Shown piece by piece: positions 1 through 10,773 of a stretch of DNA of 64,000 bases. The DNA is taken from positions 16,399-80,398 of the forward strand of contig JADJWL010000006.1 of NCBI GenBank assembly GCA_016716385.1, written 5' to 3'. Position 1 is the stretch's first letter, and each line of letters starts with the position of its first letter. The notes under the pieces were generated by a model, which ran no database searches, was not told where the DNA came from, and saw only the letters and a list, made by a program, of their open reading frames with translations. The position numbers were made by a program, and so were the translations under genes. The stretch is from Bryobacterales bacterium. GTDB lineage: Bacteria > Acidobacteriota > Terriglobia > Bryobacterales > Bryobacteraceae.

Positions 1-986
1 AGGCGCTGACGCCCGAGGCCGAAATACAGTATGCCAGGATGGGGCTGAAGCCGGGTCCCTTCGCAAGCGTCAACCTGTTCGCTCCGGTGCGCAAAAGCGA
101 GCGCCTCGCAATTCCCGACACGGGGACGCGGAGCGAGGGCGTCACCGGCTACTGCTGGTCCATCGAAGAGTTCTGCCGAGACCGCTACCTCCGCTTCCTC
201 TTCGCCGACGCCGACGACGAAACCAGCCACATGTCCGCCGTGCTGGACCGGGTCGAGTCGCACCTGGCCCGCGAGAACGTCGCCGGCCTGGAGACGTTCG
301 ACGACCTCGTGGCCCTGATCGGCGCCAATCTCGACGCCTGGACCCAGAGCGCCGCCGCGGGCACCCGCATGGCGTTCCTGCGCCGCCTGGAAGCCGCCGC
401 CGCGCGCGCCGGCCACCTGATCCGCGGGGATCTCGATGTGCCGGAGCGGCACCGGATCGACTTGCAGCGCGCGCAGGTCACCGTGATTGACATCCACAAC
501 CTGCACGACCGCGCCAAGCGCTTCGTGGTCGGCGCGGTGCTGAAACGGATGTTCGAGGACAAGGAGAAGTCGGGACGGTCGCGCCCGCTCGTGTTCGTCG
601 TGCTGGACGAGTTGAACAAGTACGCGCCGCGCGACGGCTGGAGCCCGATCAAGGACGTGATTCTCGATATCTCCGAGCGCGGCCGCAGCCTCGGCGTGGT
701 GCTGGTGGGCGCGCAACAGACGGCGAGCCAGATTGAGCGGCGGGTGGTGTCGAACTGCGCGTTCCGCGTAGTGGGGCGTCTGGACCAAGCTGAGGCGCAG
801 CACGGCGAGTACGGTTTTCTGCCCGCGCCGAGCCGCGCGCGCGCCGGCATTCTGAAGCCGGGTTCGGTAATCGTGGCGCAGCCGGAAATTCCGGTGCCGC
901 TTCTGGTGCAATTCCCGTTTCCCGCCTGGGCGACACGTCCCGCCGAGGTACGCGCCGCCGCCGGCGATCCATTCGAATTAGCGTAA
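1..986 (+). CDS. HerA/DUF87-type P-loop ATPase, C-terminal part (5' end lies upstream of the window)
   Basis: Frame is open from base 3, so the ATG at 39 is probably internal. Walker B-like 'LVFVVLDELNKYAP', 'VVLVGAQQTASQI' and the C-terminal 'LLVQFPFPAWATRP' resemble bacterial HerA-like (COG0433) ATPases. Confidence 0.7.
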   Translation, partial: ALTPEAEIQYARMGLKPGPFASVNLFAPVRKSERLAIPDTGTRSEGVTGYCWSIEEFCRDRYLRFLFADADDETSHMSAVLDRVESHLARENVAGLETFDDLVALIGANLDAWTQSAAAGTRMAFLRRLEAAAARAGHLIRGDLDVPERHRIDLQRAQVTVIDIHNLHDRAKRFVVGAVLKRMFEDKEKSGRSRPLVFVVLDELNKYAPRDGWSPIKDVILDISERGRSLGVVLVGAQQTASQIERRVVSNCAFRVVGRLDQAEAQHGEYGFLPAPSRARAGILKPGSVIVAQPEIPVPLLVQFPFPAWATRPAEVRAAAGDPFELA

Positions 987-992
987 ACACTC

Positions 993-2024
993 ATGCACGT
1001 CATCAATCTGCGAAGCGATACACAGACCTTCCCCACGGCGAAGATGCTGGAGGCGATGACTACCGCGCCCCTCGGCGACGACACGTACGACGAGGATCCG
1101 ACAGTCCACAAGCTGGAGGCGATGGCCGCGGCGCTGCTGGGCAAGGAAGCCGCGCTGCTCACGATCAGCGGTCACATGGCCAACCTCTGCGCGCTGCTCG
1201 CGCACGCGAAGCCCGGCGAAGAGGTGATCCTCGACCAGGACTCGCACATCTTCTATTACGAACTGGGCAGCATGGCGAGCGTCGGGGGGCTGATGCCGTT
1301 TCCGATTCCGAGCCACAACGGCGCGCTCGATCCGGACGAAGTGCGCCGGGCGATCCGCGGCCGCAACCTGCACTATCCCGTGCCAAGGGTGCTCTGTCTC
1401 GAGAACACGCACAACCGTAGCGGCGGGCGCAGCCAATCGCTCGAAGCCCACCGCGCCGTGTGCCGCGTGGGACGCGAGGCGGGACTCAAGATCCACCTCG
1501 ACGGCGCGCGCATCTTCAACGCCGCGGTCCGCCACGGGGTCCGCGCGGCGGACTTCGCGGCTGAGGTGGATTCGCTGATGTTCTGCCTGTCGAAGGGACT
1601 GAGCTGCCCGCTGGGTTCGCTGCTGGTGGGTTCGCGCGACTTCATCGCCGAGGCGGACCGCCGCCGGAAGCTCGTCGGAGGCGGGATGCGGCAGGCGGGT
1701 GTGATCGCGGCCTGCGGCATCGTGGCGCTCGAAGAGATGATCGAACGGCTGGCGGACGATCATGCCAATGCGCGGCGGCTCGCCGAAGGGATCAAGGCGA
1801 TCCCGAGGCTTGCGGTTGACCTCGATTCGGTCGAGACGAACATGGTGAACATCGACCATGCGGGGGCCGGTCTCACGACCGAGGAAGTCGTGGAGCGGTT
1901 GAAGCGCGTGGGGGTGCTCGCGAGTTCGCGCCCGCCGCGCCACATCCGGCTGGTGACACACCGCCACTACGGCCCCGCGGACATTGACGAAGCGCTCGGT
2001 CGGATCGCGGACGCGATGCGCTAA
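993..2024 (+). CDS. ltaE: low-specificity L-threonine aldolase (PLP, beta-eliminating lyase family)
   Basis: Full-length 343-aa ORF with 'LRSDTQTFPT', 'LGDDTYDEDPTV', 'LENTHNRSGG' and PLP-lysine context 'CLSKGLSCP'. Confidence 0.9.
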   Translation: MHVINLRSDTQTFPTAKMLEAMTTAPLGDDTYDEDPTVHKLEAMAAALLGKEAALLTISGHMANLCALLAHAKPGEEVILDQDSHIFYYELGSMASVGGLMPFPIPSHNGALDPDEVRRAIRGRNLHYPVPRVLCLENTHNRSGGRSQSLEAHRAVCRVGREAGLKIHLDGARIFNAAVRHGVRAADFAAEVDSLMFCLSKGLSCPLGSLLVGSRDFIAEADRRRKLVGGGMRQAGVIAACGIVALEEMIERLADDHANARRLAEGIKAIPRLAVDLDSVETNMVNIDHAGAGLTTEEVVERLKRVGVLASSRPPRHIRLVTHRHYGPADIDEALGRIADAMR

Positions 2025-2043
2025 GCTACCAGGACACAGCACC

Positions 2044-2739
2044 ATGGGAATTCCAATTGAGCGGCGCGAACTGAGCCGGATGAGCGAGATGTTCGGTGTG
2101 ATCGCGCCCCGCTATGACCTCATCACGCGCCTGTTTTCGTACGGCATGGACCGCCGATGGAAGCGCCTCGGCGTCGAGCGCGCAAACCTGCCGGAGAACC
2201 CGGTGATCCTCGACCTGGCGAGCGGCACGGGGGATTTCTCGAAGATCGTGCGGTCACGGCAGCCCGGCGCGAAGCCCATCGCGACGGACCTGACTCACGG
2301 CATGCTCCGTCTGGCGCGCGACACCGGAGTCGAGCACGCGGTCTGCGCCGACGCGATGCGGCTGCCGTTTCCGGACGAATCGTTTGACTGCGTGTTCGTG
2401 GGGTACGGCCTGCGCAACTTCCCGGATCTGCCGGGGGCGGTCGCGGAGATTGAGCGCGTGACGAAGCCCGGAGGCAAGCTGGTGAGCCTGGACTTCTTTC
2501 TGCCGGAGAATCCGGTACTGCGGAAGATTTATCTGGGCTACCTGTTCGTGCAGGGCGGCTTGTGGGGCCTGATCCTGCACGGGCGTCCGAGGATTTATAC
2601 GTATATCCCCGACTCGATCCGCAGCTTCCTGTCGCAGAGGGAGCTTTGCCGCCTGCTGGAGCAGAAGGGCTACGCGACGGTCGATACGCGGGGGTTCATC
2701 TTTGGGGGGATCGCGCTGCACTGGGCGGCGAAGGGATAG
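2044..2739 (+). CDS. ubiE: demethylmenaquinone/ubiquinone C-methyltransferase (UbiE/MenG family)
   Basis: 'MFGVIAPRYDLITRLFSYGMDRRWKR' N-terminal signature and SAM motif 'ILDLASGTGDF'. Start moved to ATG 2044 because ORF start 1984 lies inside ltaE. Confidence 0.85.
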   Translation: MGIPIERRELSRMSEMFGVIAPRYDLITRLFSYGMDRRWKRLGVERANLPENPVILDLASGTGDFSKIVRSRQPGAKPIATDLTHGMLRLARDTGVEHAVCADAMRLPFPDESFDCVFVGYGLRNFPDLPGAVAEIERVTKPGGKLVSLDFFLPENPVLRKIYLGYLFVQGGLWGLILHGRPRIYTYIPDSIRSFLSQRELCRLLEQKGYATVDTRGFIFGGIALHWAAKG

Positions 2740-4042
2740 TGCCCTGCCGTCGTTCCTCGACAAGGACCGGCTCCGCCATCGCCCGCCCCACCGGGACGCG
2801 CGTGTCGGTCCGCTGCTCCGGCCACTCGGGACCATCGAAATACAAGTAGGCCCGCCCCTTGGCGCGAAACGCCGCGCGCCGTGGGGTGACCGAGAGCTTC
2901 ACGCTGACTTGCAGGATATCCGGTTTGCCCGGTTCGGCCGCCACATCGGTGTAGTACGCCATCACGGCGTGACCCGGCTCCACCGCGACGCTCGACGTAT
3001 AGGCGCCGTCCGCCACGTACGCGTCGATGACGTGGCGCTCCCCGAATGTCTGCCCGTTGTCGCGTGACACGTAGGCCACCACCAGTTTCCGCTCCTGGTC
3101 GCGGCCGGCCAGCAGGATCGTCGTCGCGTCCAGGCGCGTCATCAGCGGCTTCTGCAGGATGCAGCGGCCGAGCATTTCGTAGAGATTCTCGGGCTCGCTC
3201 CAGGTCCGGCCGTTGTCCCGCGACCAGCGGCGCCACAGCGCCTTCGGATAGCCGCTCTCTCCCGGCCGGCGACGCGCGCGGTGCAGCGCGAGGATGACCC
3301 CCGGCGCCGTCTCCATCAGGCCAATCTCATCGCCGCGATTCTCTTCAGGCTGCGTCAGCGCCGTCAGGACCCGCCACGCCCGGCCGTCTTCGGAGTGCCA
3401 GAACAGGTTCCAGCAGGGGCCGATCCCGCTGGGAGGAAACGTCGCCGCCACCGTGAGCAGACCGCCCTGCGTCGCGATGGCGTCCGTCATGTAGTACGTC
3501 GAACGGTCCGCCGACGGGTCGAAACGCTCGAACTTCGCCCACGACTCCCCGTGGTCATCGGACCAACTCCACAGGAGCGAATCGCGCACGATCGGGTTGG
3601 TCTGCCAGCCGACCGCCGACACAAACAGGATGACGCGGCCGGACGGCGTCACCACCGCCGTCGGGTTGTGCGCGCCGTGCGTCGGACGCGGGTCGCGATG
3701 GACGATTCGTTCGGCCGACCAGGTGCGCCCGCGGTCCCGCGACATGCGCAACGCCAGGACTGCGGCGTCGGACGCGTGCGACTGGCCCACGCGATAGAAG
3801 AGCAGCAAAGCGCCGTTCGCTGCCCGCACCATGTAGGGGAAGCCGTAGTGCACGTCCCGTGCCGCCGCCACCGGGCGGGATGCGGAGATTTCGAGCGTTT
3901 CGGTCCAGTGGGGCAGGGCAGCGCCGGTCTCGTCCACCACCTTGATGCGTCCGGCGCGCGCGCCCTCGGGCAGCTTCACGTATTGCAGGTCCCCCACCTC
4001 GAACACGGCGCGCTTGCGGTAGTGCGGTTCATGCCACGGCAT
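2696..4042 (-). CDS. BNR/Asp-box repeat protein, sialidase-like beta-propeller, no obvious signal peptide
   Basis: Five Asp-box motifs (SxDxGxTW-like): 'SRDRGRTWS', 'SDDHGESW', 'SEDGRAW', 'SRDNGRTWS', 'SRDNGQTF'. Confidence 0.8.
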   Translation of the reverse strand: MPWHEPHYRKRAVFEVGDLQYVKLPEGARAGRIKVVDETGAALPHWTETLEISASRPVAAARDVHYGFPYMVRAANGALLLFYRVGQSHASDAAVLALRMSRDRGRTWSAERIVHRDPRPTHGAHNPTAVVTPSGRVILFVSAVGWQTNPIVRDSLLWSWSDDHGESWAKFERFDPSADRSTYYMTDAIATQGGLLTVAATFPPSGIGPCWNLFWHSEDGRAWRVLTALTQPEENRGDEIGLMETAPGVILALHRARRRPGESGYPKALWRRWSRDNGRTWSEPENLYEMLGRCILQKPLMTRLDATTILLAGRDQERKLVVAYVSRDNGQTFGERHVIDAYVADGAYTSSVAVEPGHAVMAYYTDVAAEPGKPDILQVSVKLSVTPRRAAFRAKGRAYLYFDGPEWPEQRTDTRVPVGRAMAEPVLVEERRQGTIPSPPSAARSPQR

Positions 4043-4057
4043 CCCTAGTAGGATGCC

Positions 4058-5587
4058 ATGTTGACAAACAGCCCGGCGTTCGAGTTTCCTTTCTCAATGG
4101 CCCTCACCGCGCTGGACACCCTGGTCATCGCCGCCTACCTCGCCCTTCTGTTCGGGATCGGCCTCCGGTTTTCCAGGCGGCAGACCTCGCGCGACGAATA
4201 TTTCCTGGGCAACCGCGACATGCACTGGTTCCTGGTCGGAGGCAGCATCATGGCCACGCTGCTTTCCACCATCACGTTCCTGTCGGTGCCGGGCGAGATG
4301 ATCCGCTACGGGCTCGCGTATTTCGTCGGGACGTTGGCCTTCCCCTTCATCATTCCGTTCCTGAACCGGATGCTGATCCCGGTGCTGATGCGGCTGCCGA
4401 TCACCAGCGTGTACGAGTACCTGGAGCGGCGCTTCGACCGGAGGACGCGCAAGCTGGTGGCGGCGATCTTCATCGTGCGCACGGTCCTGTGGTCGGGACT
4501 GATTCTGTACACGGCGAGCTTTGCAGTGGTGGAGATGGCCGGTTGGCCGCTGCTGCCCACGATTGCCGCACTCGGCGTGCTCACCACGATCTACACGACC
4601 GCCGGCGGCATGCGTACGGTCATCTGGACCGACAACATCCAGCTATGGATTCTGTTCGGCGGCTCCCTCGCCGTGGCACTGGTCGTGGGCTTCCGCACGG
4701 GCGATAGTCCGGCGGTCTGGTGGCAGGCGTTTCAGCAGGCGGGACGCACCGAGGTCCAGGTATTCAGCTTCGACCTCACGGTGCGGATGACGCTGGTCGG
4801 CGTGATGCTGCACCAGTTCTTCTGGAATCTCTGCACGCACGGGTCGGACCAGGTGGCCGTGCAGCGCTACTTGAGCACGCCTTCGCTGGCGGCGGCGCGC
4901 CGGTCGCTGTGGGTGTTCACCTGGGTGAAACTGTCGCTCTACGTCTTTCTGTTGGGGAGCGCGCTGGCGCTGTTCCATTTCTACGTGGGCTCGCAGCCGG
5001 GCACGTCGGCGCTGGAGGCCGACAAGTTCCTGCCCCGCTTCATCGCGCGGGAACTGCCCGCGGGCGTCTCCGGTCTGCTGCTGGCGGCGCTGCTGGCGGC
5101 GGCGATGTCGAGCCTGAGTTCGGCGATCAACTCCGTGTCCGGGGTGGTGGTGAACGACTTTGTCCCGGCGGCACGGACGCACGCGAGCCTGTTTCTCGAC
5201 AAAGCGCTGGCTGTTGGCGCGGGTCTGGTGGGAACCGCCGCGGCGCTTGCCCTGGTTGGACTGATTGCGCGGACCAACTGGAACCTGATCGAGCTGACCG
5301 GGCGCGTGAACCACATCTTCGTCGGACCGATCGGCGCCTTGTTTTTCCTCGGTATTCTGGCGCGCCGTGTGGGCCGGCAGGCTGCCGCGTTCGGCTTCGT
5401 CGCGGGATCGGCGGTGAGCCTGTACATCTGTTTCGGCAAGGAATGGTTTGGACTCGAAAAGAGCATTTCATTCCTGTGGGTGGTGCCGGGGTCGTTCGCC
5501 GCGACGTTTGCTGCCGCGCTGCTCTGCGCTCCCTGGTTTCCAGCGCCGGACCGGGAGCGGATTGCGCAGCTTGTCTGGCGCGGCTAG
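4058..5587 (+). CDS. sodium:solute symporter (SSS) family transporter
   Basis: 509-aa polytopic membrane protein with 'SRDEYFLGNRDM' and 'TAGGMRTVIWTDNIQ', typical of the SSS family. An alternative start at ATG 4097 (MALTALD) is possible. Confidence 0.85.
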   Translation: MLTNSPAFEFPFSMALTALDTLVIAAYLALLFGIGLRFSRRQTSRDEYFLGNRDMHWFLVGGSIMATLLSTITFLSVPGEMIRYGLAYFVGTLAFPFIIPFLNRMLIPVLMRLPITSVYEYLERRFDRRTRKLVAAIFIVRTVLWSGLILYTASFAVVEMAGWPLLPTIAALGVLTTIYTTAGGMRTVIWTDNIQLWILFGGSLAVALVVGFRTGDSPAVWWQAFQQAGRTEVQVFSFDLTVRMTLVGVMLHQFFWNLCTHGSDQVAVQRYLSTPSLAAARRSLWVFTWVKLSLYVFLLGSALALFHFYVGSQPGTSALEADKFLPRFIARELPAGVSGLLLAALLAAAMSSLSSAINSVSGVVVNDFVPAARTHASLFLDKALAVGAGLVGTAAALALVGLIARTNWNLIELTGRVNHIFVGPIGALFFLGILARRVGRQAAAFGFVAGSAVSLYICFGKEWFGLEKSISFLWVVPGSFAATFAAALLCAPWFPAPDRERIAQLVWRG

Positions 5588-5611
5588 GCACCACGCTATA
5601 CTGGCAGTTCT

Positions 5612-7546
5612 GTGTTTCATCTGCTCGAAAACCGCATTCAACAGGCCTTTCAGGATCACATCGCCGTCCGCTACGGCACGGACACCGCTGTCGCGATTGA
5701 ACAGCCGAAGCAGCCGGAGTTCGGAGAACTGGCCGTCCCGGTCGCGTTCCAACTGGCGAAGGTCCTGAAGCAGGCGCCGAAAAGGATCGCCGCCGAACTC
5801 GTCGAAGAGATTGGCCCCATCGACGGTGTCGCCGCGCTCGAAGTCGCCGGCAACGGCTACATCAACATCCGTCTCGACCGCGCCGTTTACGCGAGCGGCC
5901 TGCTGCGCGGCCTCGACGCCGCGCCCGTGGTTCCGGGCAAGATCATCGTCGAACACACGAACATCAACCCGAACAAGGCTGCGCACATCGGCCATCTGCG
6001 CAACACGACTCTCGGCGATACCTACGTCCGGATGCTGCGCGCGCGCGGCCGCTCGGTCGAAGTGCAGAACTACATCGACAATACCGGCGTCCAGGTGGCG
6101 GACGTCGTGGCCGGGTTCCATTTTCTGGAGCGCAAGACGCCGGCCGAAGTCGCCGCGCTGGCCGCGCAGCCGCGCTTCGATTACTACTGTTGGGATCTCT
6201 ACGCGCGCGTCTCCGCCCATTACACGGAGAGCGAGATCGGCAAGGGCTGGCGGACCGAGACGCTGCATGCCATCGAGGCCAACCAGGGCGAACTTGCCGA
6301 GCTCGGCCACATTGTGGCGGACGCGGTTGTCGAGGCGCACCTGGACACAATGCTGCGGCTGGGCGTCGAGTACGACGTGCTGCCGCGTGAGAGCGAGATC
6401 CTGCACCTGAAGTTCTGGGCCGCGGCGTTCGAGTTGCTGAAGGAACGCAACGCGATCTACCTGGAGACAGAAGGCAAGAACGAAGGATGCTGGGTGATGC
6501 CCGCGGCGGCGTTCCGCGAAGATACCGACGACAACAAGGTCATCGTCCGGTCCAACGGCACGGTTACCTACGTCGGGAAAGACATTGCCTACCAGCTCTG
6601 GAAATTCGGACTGCTGGGCAAGGATTTTCACTACAAACCCCTGCGCACCTACTCAAGCGGGCACGTGGCTTGGGTGACCACCGATGAACCCACCGGGTAC
6701 GACGCATCCTTCGGAGGCGGCGAAGCGGTCTACAACGTGATCGATGTGCGCCAGAGCTACCTGCAGGACGTGGTGGCGGCGGGATTGCGCGCGCTCGGAT
6801 TTTCGCAGCAGGCCGAACACAGCCACCATTTCGCCTACGAGATGGTCGCACTTTCGCCCCGCTGCTGCGCTGAACTCGGCATTGGGCTCTCCGAGGAAGA
6901 CCAGCGCCGCCCGTATATCGAAGTCTCCGGCCGCAAGGGTCTCGGCGTGAAGGCCGACGACCTCATCGACAAGCTGATAGAAGAGGCGCTGGCCGAAGTC
7001 ACATCGCGCCACCCGGAGAGCCCGGAATCTGAACGCCGCGACGCTGCTGTGGCGATCGCCATCGGCGCGCTGCGCTACTTCCTGCTGAAGTTCACACGCA
7101 ATACGGTCATCGCCTTCGACTTTCAGGAGGCGTTGAGCTTCGAAGGCGAAACCGGTCCGTACGTGCAATATGCCGCCGTCCGGGCGCGCAACATTCTGCG
7201 TAAACTGGGCGAGCGGGGAGAGACGCTGCCGGACTTTGCCGCAGTCCTGCCGCCAGAGGCTCTGGCGCGCCAGTTGGCGGCGGAAGACTTCTGGCAGATC
7301 CTGCTCGCGGCGTCCAAAGCGGACACGGCCGTCGAACGGGCGATCGCCAGCGGAGAGCCCGCGCATGTGGCGCGTTACGCATTCCAGGTGGCGCAGACGT
7401 TCAACAATTTCTATCACCAGTACCACATCCTCCACGAGCGCGACCCCGAGCGCCGGGCGTTTCTCCTCTGGATGACGCAGTTCTTCGCCAATCAACTGGA
7501 GCGCACGCTCGAGATCCTTGGCATCCGCGTTCCGGTGTATATGTAA
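5612..7546 (+). CDS. argS: arginine--tRNA ligase
   Basis: HIGH motif 'NPNKAAHIGHLRN', 'YIDNTGVQVAD', and a C-terminal anticodon-binding domain ending '...VPVYM'. Confidence 0.95.
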   Translation: MFHLLENRIQQAFQDHIAVRYGTDTAVAIEQPKQPEFGELAVPVAFQLAKVLKQAPKRIAAELVEEIGPIDGVAALEVAGNGYINIRLDRAVYASGLLRGLDAAPVVPGKIIVEHTNINPNKAAHIGHLRNTTLGDTYVRMLRARGRSVEVQNYIDNTGVQVADVVAGFHFLERKTPAEVAALAAQPRFDYYCWDLYARVSAHYTESEIGKGWRTETLHAIEANQGELAELGHIVADAVVEAHLDTMLRLGVEYDVLPRESEILHLKFWAAAFELLKERNAIYLETEGKNEGCWVMPAAAFREDTDDNKVIVRSNGTVTYVGKDIAYQLWKFGLLGKDFHYKPLRTYSSGHVAWVTTDEPTGYDASFGGGEAVYNVIDVRQSYLQDVVAAGLRALGFSQQAEHSHHFAYEMVALSPRCCAELGIGLSEEDQRRPYIEVSGRKGLGVKADDLIDKLIEEALAEVTSRHPESPESERRDAAVAIAIGALRYFLLKFTRNTVIAFDFQEALSFEGETGPYVQYAAVRARNILRKLGERGETLPDFAAVLPPEALARQLAAEDFWQILLAASKADTAVERAIASGEPAHVARYAFQVAQTFNNFYHQYHILHERDPERRAFLLWMTQFFANQLERTLEILGIRVPVYM

Positions 7547-7549
7547 AGC

Positions 7550-8101
7550 ATGCCTCCGGCGATCGCTGGGCTGATCGGAGAACTTGACGCGGCTTCCGCG
7601 GAGGCGCGCCGCCTCTGGGACACAGTGCCGGCAGACCGTCTGGGCGCGCGCCCTTCGCCGGATGTGTGGTCGCCCGCGGAGAATCTCGAACACCTGAGCC
7701 TCACCGCTGAACGGTTTCTTCCCGCTCTGCGCGAAGGCGTGGAATCGCTGCCGCGGGACGCACGGCGCCCGTCGGGTCCGTTGAAGCCCGACCTGATCGG
7801 CAGGCTATTCCGCTGGATCCTGGAGCCGCCCGTGCGCCTCCGCGTCAAGACAACTCAGCCTTTCGAGCCGCTTCTGGACGCGGGCAGTTCCCCGGACGCA
7901 GCCCTGGAACGGTTCCTGGCGCTTCAGGGGCAACTGCGCAGCCTCTATGAAGCCGCGGATGGGTGGGCCGCGGACCGCGTGAAGGTCACGTCCCCGTTCG
8001 CGAAGAGCGTGAAATATTCGCTCTACTCGGCGCTTCTGATCATTCCCGCGCATGAGCGCCGGCACCTCTGGCAGGCCCGCCGGGCCGCCGGGGTACAATA
8101 A
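7550..8101 (+). CDS. DinB-family (DinB_2) four-helix-bundle protein
   Basis: '[13 protein letters not shown]' and C-terminal '[13 protein letters not shown]' His-containing motifs typical of the DinB superfamily. Confidence 0.75.
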   Translation: MPPAIAGLIGELDAASAEARRLWDTVPADRLGARPSPDVWSPAENLEHLSLTAERFLPALREGVESLPRDARRPSGPLKPDLIGRLFRWILEPPVRLRVKTTQPFEPLLDAGSSPDAALERFLALQGQLRSLYEAADGWAADRVKVTSPFAKSVKYSLYSALLIIPAHERRHLWQARRAAGVQ

Positions 8102-8111
8102 AAAGATCCCG

Positions 8112-10769
8112 ATGAAGCAACTGAACAGTTTCGGCGCCGCGGCGACGCTGCGTGTGGGCGCCTCCGAATATCGCATCTTCCGTCTCGACGCGCTGGAGAA
8201 GCGCGGCTACTCGCTCACCCGTCTGCCCTTTTCGGTGCGCATTCTGCTGGAGAACCTGCTGCGCCAGGAAGACGGCCGCGCAGTTCCCGCCGCCGACGTG
8301 GAAGCCGTTGCCTCCGGCAAGGCGGCTGGTGTCAAGGAAATCGCCTACATGCCGGCGCGCGTCCTGTTGCAGGACTTCACGGGAGTCCCCTGCGCTGTCG
8401 ATCTCGCCGCGATGCGCGAAGCGCTGGCCGCGCGCGGGGCCGACGCGTCGCGCGCCAACCCGCTGCTGCCCGCTGACCTGGTCATTGACCACTCCGTGCA
8501 GGTCGACGAATTCGGGACAGCCGGTGCTCTCCATGCCAACGCGCTGCTCGAATACCAGCGGAACCAGGAGCGCTACAGCTTCCTGCGCTGGGCACAGAAG
8601 GCGTTCAGCAACTTCCGCGTGGTGCCGCCGGCGACCGGCATCGTGCACCAGGTGAACCTCGAATACCTCGCGCCGGTCGTCTTCCGCGACGGCAGCGGCC
8701 AAGCCTATCCCGACACGGTGGTTGGCACGGATTCTCACACGACGATGATCAACGGACTCGGCGTGGTGGGCTGGGGCGTGGGCGGCATCGAAGCCGAGGC
8801 GGCGATGCTGGGCCAGCCCATCTCCATGCTGCTGCCGCCGGTGATCGGCTTCCGGCTCACTGGACGCCTGCCGGAGGGCAGCACGGCCACGGACCTCGTC
8901 CTCACCGTCACGCAGATGCTGCGGAAGAAGGGCGTCGTGGGCAAGTTCGTGGAGTTCTACGGGTCGGGAGTCGGGGAACTGAGCCTGGCTGACCGCGCCA
9001 CCGTCGCCAACATGGCGCCCGAGTACGGCGCCACCATCGGCTTCTTCCCGGTCGACGAGGAGACGTTGAACTACCTGCGCTTCACAGGACGCCCCGCCGA
9101 TCTCGTGGCCCTCGTCGAGGCCTACTACAAGGAACAGGGCCTTTTCCGCACGAACGAAACCCCCGATCCCGAGTTCGCCGATACCCTCGAACTCGATCTG
9201 GCGACCGTTGTTCCCTCAATGGCCGGACCCAAGCGCCCGCAGGATCGCGTGGAACTACCCAACGTCAAACAGAACTTCCTCGACTTCGCCAAAGACCTGC
9301 CGCCGGCGCAGGCGGAGATCGACGTCAATGGCGGCCGCGTCACCATCGGACACGGCGCCGTGGCGATCGCCGCGATCACAAGCTGCACGAACACGTCGAA
9401 CCCGTCGGTCATGATCGGCGCGGGATTGCTGGCGAAGAAGGCCGTCGAGCGCGGCTTAAAGCGGAAGCCGTGGGTGAAGTCGAGCCTGGCGCCGGGTTCG
9501 AAGGTTGTGACCGAATACCTCGCCGCCGCGGGACTCACCCCGTACCTCGATGAGCTCGGCTTCAACCTGGTCGGCTACGGGTGCACCACCTGCATTGGCA
9601 ACTCCGGTCCGCTGCCGGATGCTGTGGCCTCGGCGGTGAAGGACAACAATCTGACCGTTGCCTCGGTGCTCAGCGGTAACCGCAATTTCGAAGGCCGCGT
9701 GAATCCGCTCGTGAAGGCGAATTACCTGGCCTCGCCGCCGTTGGTCGTGGCCTACGCGCTCGCCGGCCGCATCGACATGGATCTGCAGAACGAACCTTTA
9801 GGCCAGGACAAGGACGGCAAGCCGGTCTACCTGCGCGAGATCTGGCCGAGCACCGCGGAGATCAGCGCCACCGTGCGCGAGGCGCAGAAGCCCGAGATGT
9901 TCCTCAAAGAGTACGGCTCCGTCTTCGACGGCGACGCCGCCTGGCAGAGCGTGAAGGTTCCCGAAGGCGACCTGTTTGCCTGGGACGATGCCTCGACCTA
10001 CGTGCGGCGCCCGCCGTACTTCGATCACCTCGTCGACCCCGCGCATTCGATCACCGACCTGACCGGTCTGCGCGCGCTGGCCGTGCTCGGAGATTCGGTG
10101 ACCACGGACCACATCTCTCCCGCCGGCTCGATCGCGGTGGAGAGCCCTGCCGGCCAGTACCTGATTTCACTGGGTGTCCAGCCGCGCGACTTTAACTCCT
10201 ACGGATCGCGCCGCGGCAATCACGAAGTGATGGTGCGGGGAACGCTCGCCAACATCCGCCTGCGCAACCAGCTCGCGCCCGGCACGGAGGGCGGCTGGAC
10301 CCGCCACCAGCCGGGCGACGAGCCAATGTCCATCTACGACGCCGCCATGCAATACCAGAAGGAGGGCGTGGGCTCGCTGATTCTGGCGGGCAAGGAGTAC
10401 GGCTCCGGTTCGTCACGAGACTGGGCGGCGAAGGGCGTTGCGCTGCTGGGCGTCAAGGCAGTGATTGCCGAGAGCTTCGAGCGTATTCATCGCACGAACC
10501 TGGTCGGGATGGGCGTGCTGCCGATGGAGTTTCCCGCGGGGGAGACACGCGAGTCTCTGGGACTGACGGGCCACGAGGTCTTCCACATCGAGGGGATACC
10601 CGCCGCGGTTGGCGGGACGCGCAAGGCAACGGTGCGCGCGGTCGCGGCCGACGGCACCGAGAAGCGGTTCGATGTCGTAGTGCGGGTGGATACGCCAGTC
10701 GAAGCCGAGTATCTCCGCGCCGGCGGCATCCTGCCGTACGTTCTGCGGCAACTGGCCGAAAAGGCGTGA
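8112..10769 (+). CDS. acnA: aconitate hydratase A
   Basis: '[26 protein letters not shown]', Fe-S cysteine motifs '[10 protein letters not shown]' and '[10 protein letters not shown]', and '[11 protein letters not shown]'. Start set at MKQLNSF (ATG 8112), since ORF start 8052 overlaps the DinB gene. Confidence 0.95.
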   Translation: MKQLNSFGAAATLRVGASEYRIFRLDALEKRGYSLTRLPFSVRILLENLLRQEDGRAVPAADVEAVASGKAAGVKEIAYMPARVLLQDFTGVPCAVDLAAMREALAARGADASRANPLLPADLVIDHSVQVDEFGTAGALHANALLEYQRNQERYSFLRWAQKAFSNFRVVPPATGIVHQVNLEYLAPVVFRDGSGQAYPDTVVGTDSHTTMINGLGVVGWGVGGIEAEAAMLGQPISMLLPPVIGFRLTGRLPEGSTATDLVLTVTQMLRKKGVVGKFVEFYGSGVGELSLADRATVANMAPEYGATIGFFPVDEETLNYLRFTGRPADLVALVEAYYKEQGLFRTNETPDPEFADTLELDLATVVPSMAGPKRPQDRVELPNVKQNFLDFAKDLPPAQAEIDVNGGRVTIGHGAVAIAAITSCTNTSNPSVMIGAGLLAKKAVERGLKRKPWVKSSLAPGSKVVTEYLAAAGLTPYLDELGFNLVGYGCTTCIGNSGPLPDAVASAVKDNNLTVASVLSGNRNFEGRVNPLVKANYLASPPLVVAYALAGRIDMDLQNEPLGQDKDGKPVYLREIWPSTAEISATVREAQKPEMFLKEYGSVFDGDAAWQSVKVPEGDLFAWDDASTYVRRPPYFDHLVDPAHSITDLTGLRALAVLGDSVTTDHISPAGSIAVESPAGQYLISLGVQPRDFNSYGSRRGNHEVMVRGTLANIRLRNQLAPGTEGGWTRHQPGDEPMSIYDAAMQYQKEGVGSLILAGKEYGSGSSRDWAAKGVALLGVKAVIAESFERIHRTNLVGMGVLPMEFPAGETRESLGLTGHEVFHIEGIPAAVGGTRKATVRAVAADGTEKRFDVVVRVDTPVEAEYLRAGGILPYVLRQLAEKA

Positions 10770-10773
10770 GCGG

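Noticed and set aside
5468-6631. 387-aa minus-strand ORF, and similar ORFs at 6653-7693 and 978-2045
   Set aside because: They are antisense to argS and ltaE, both of which have unambiguous signatures.
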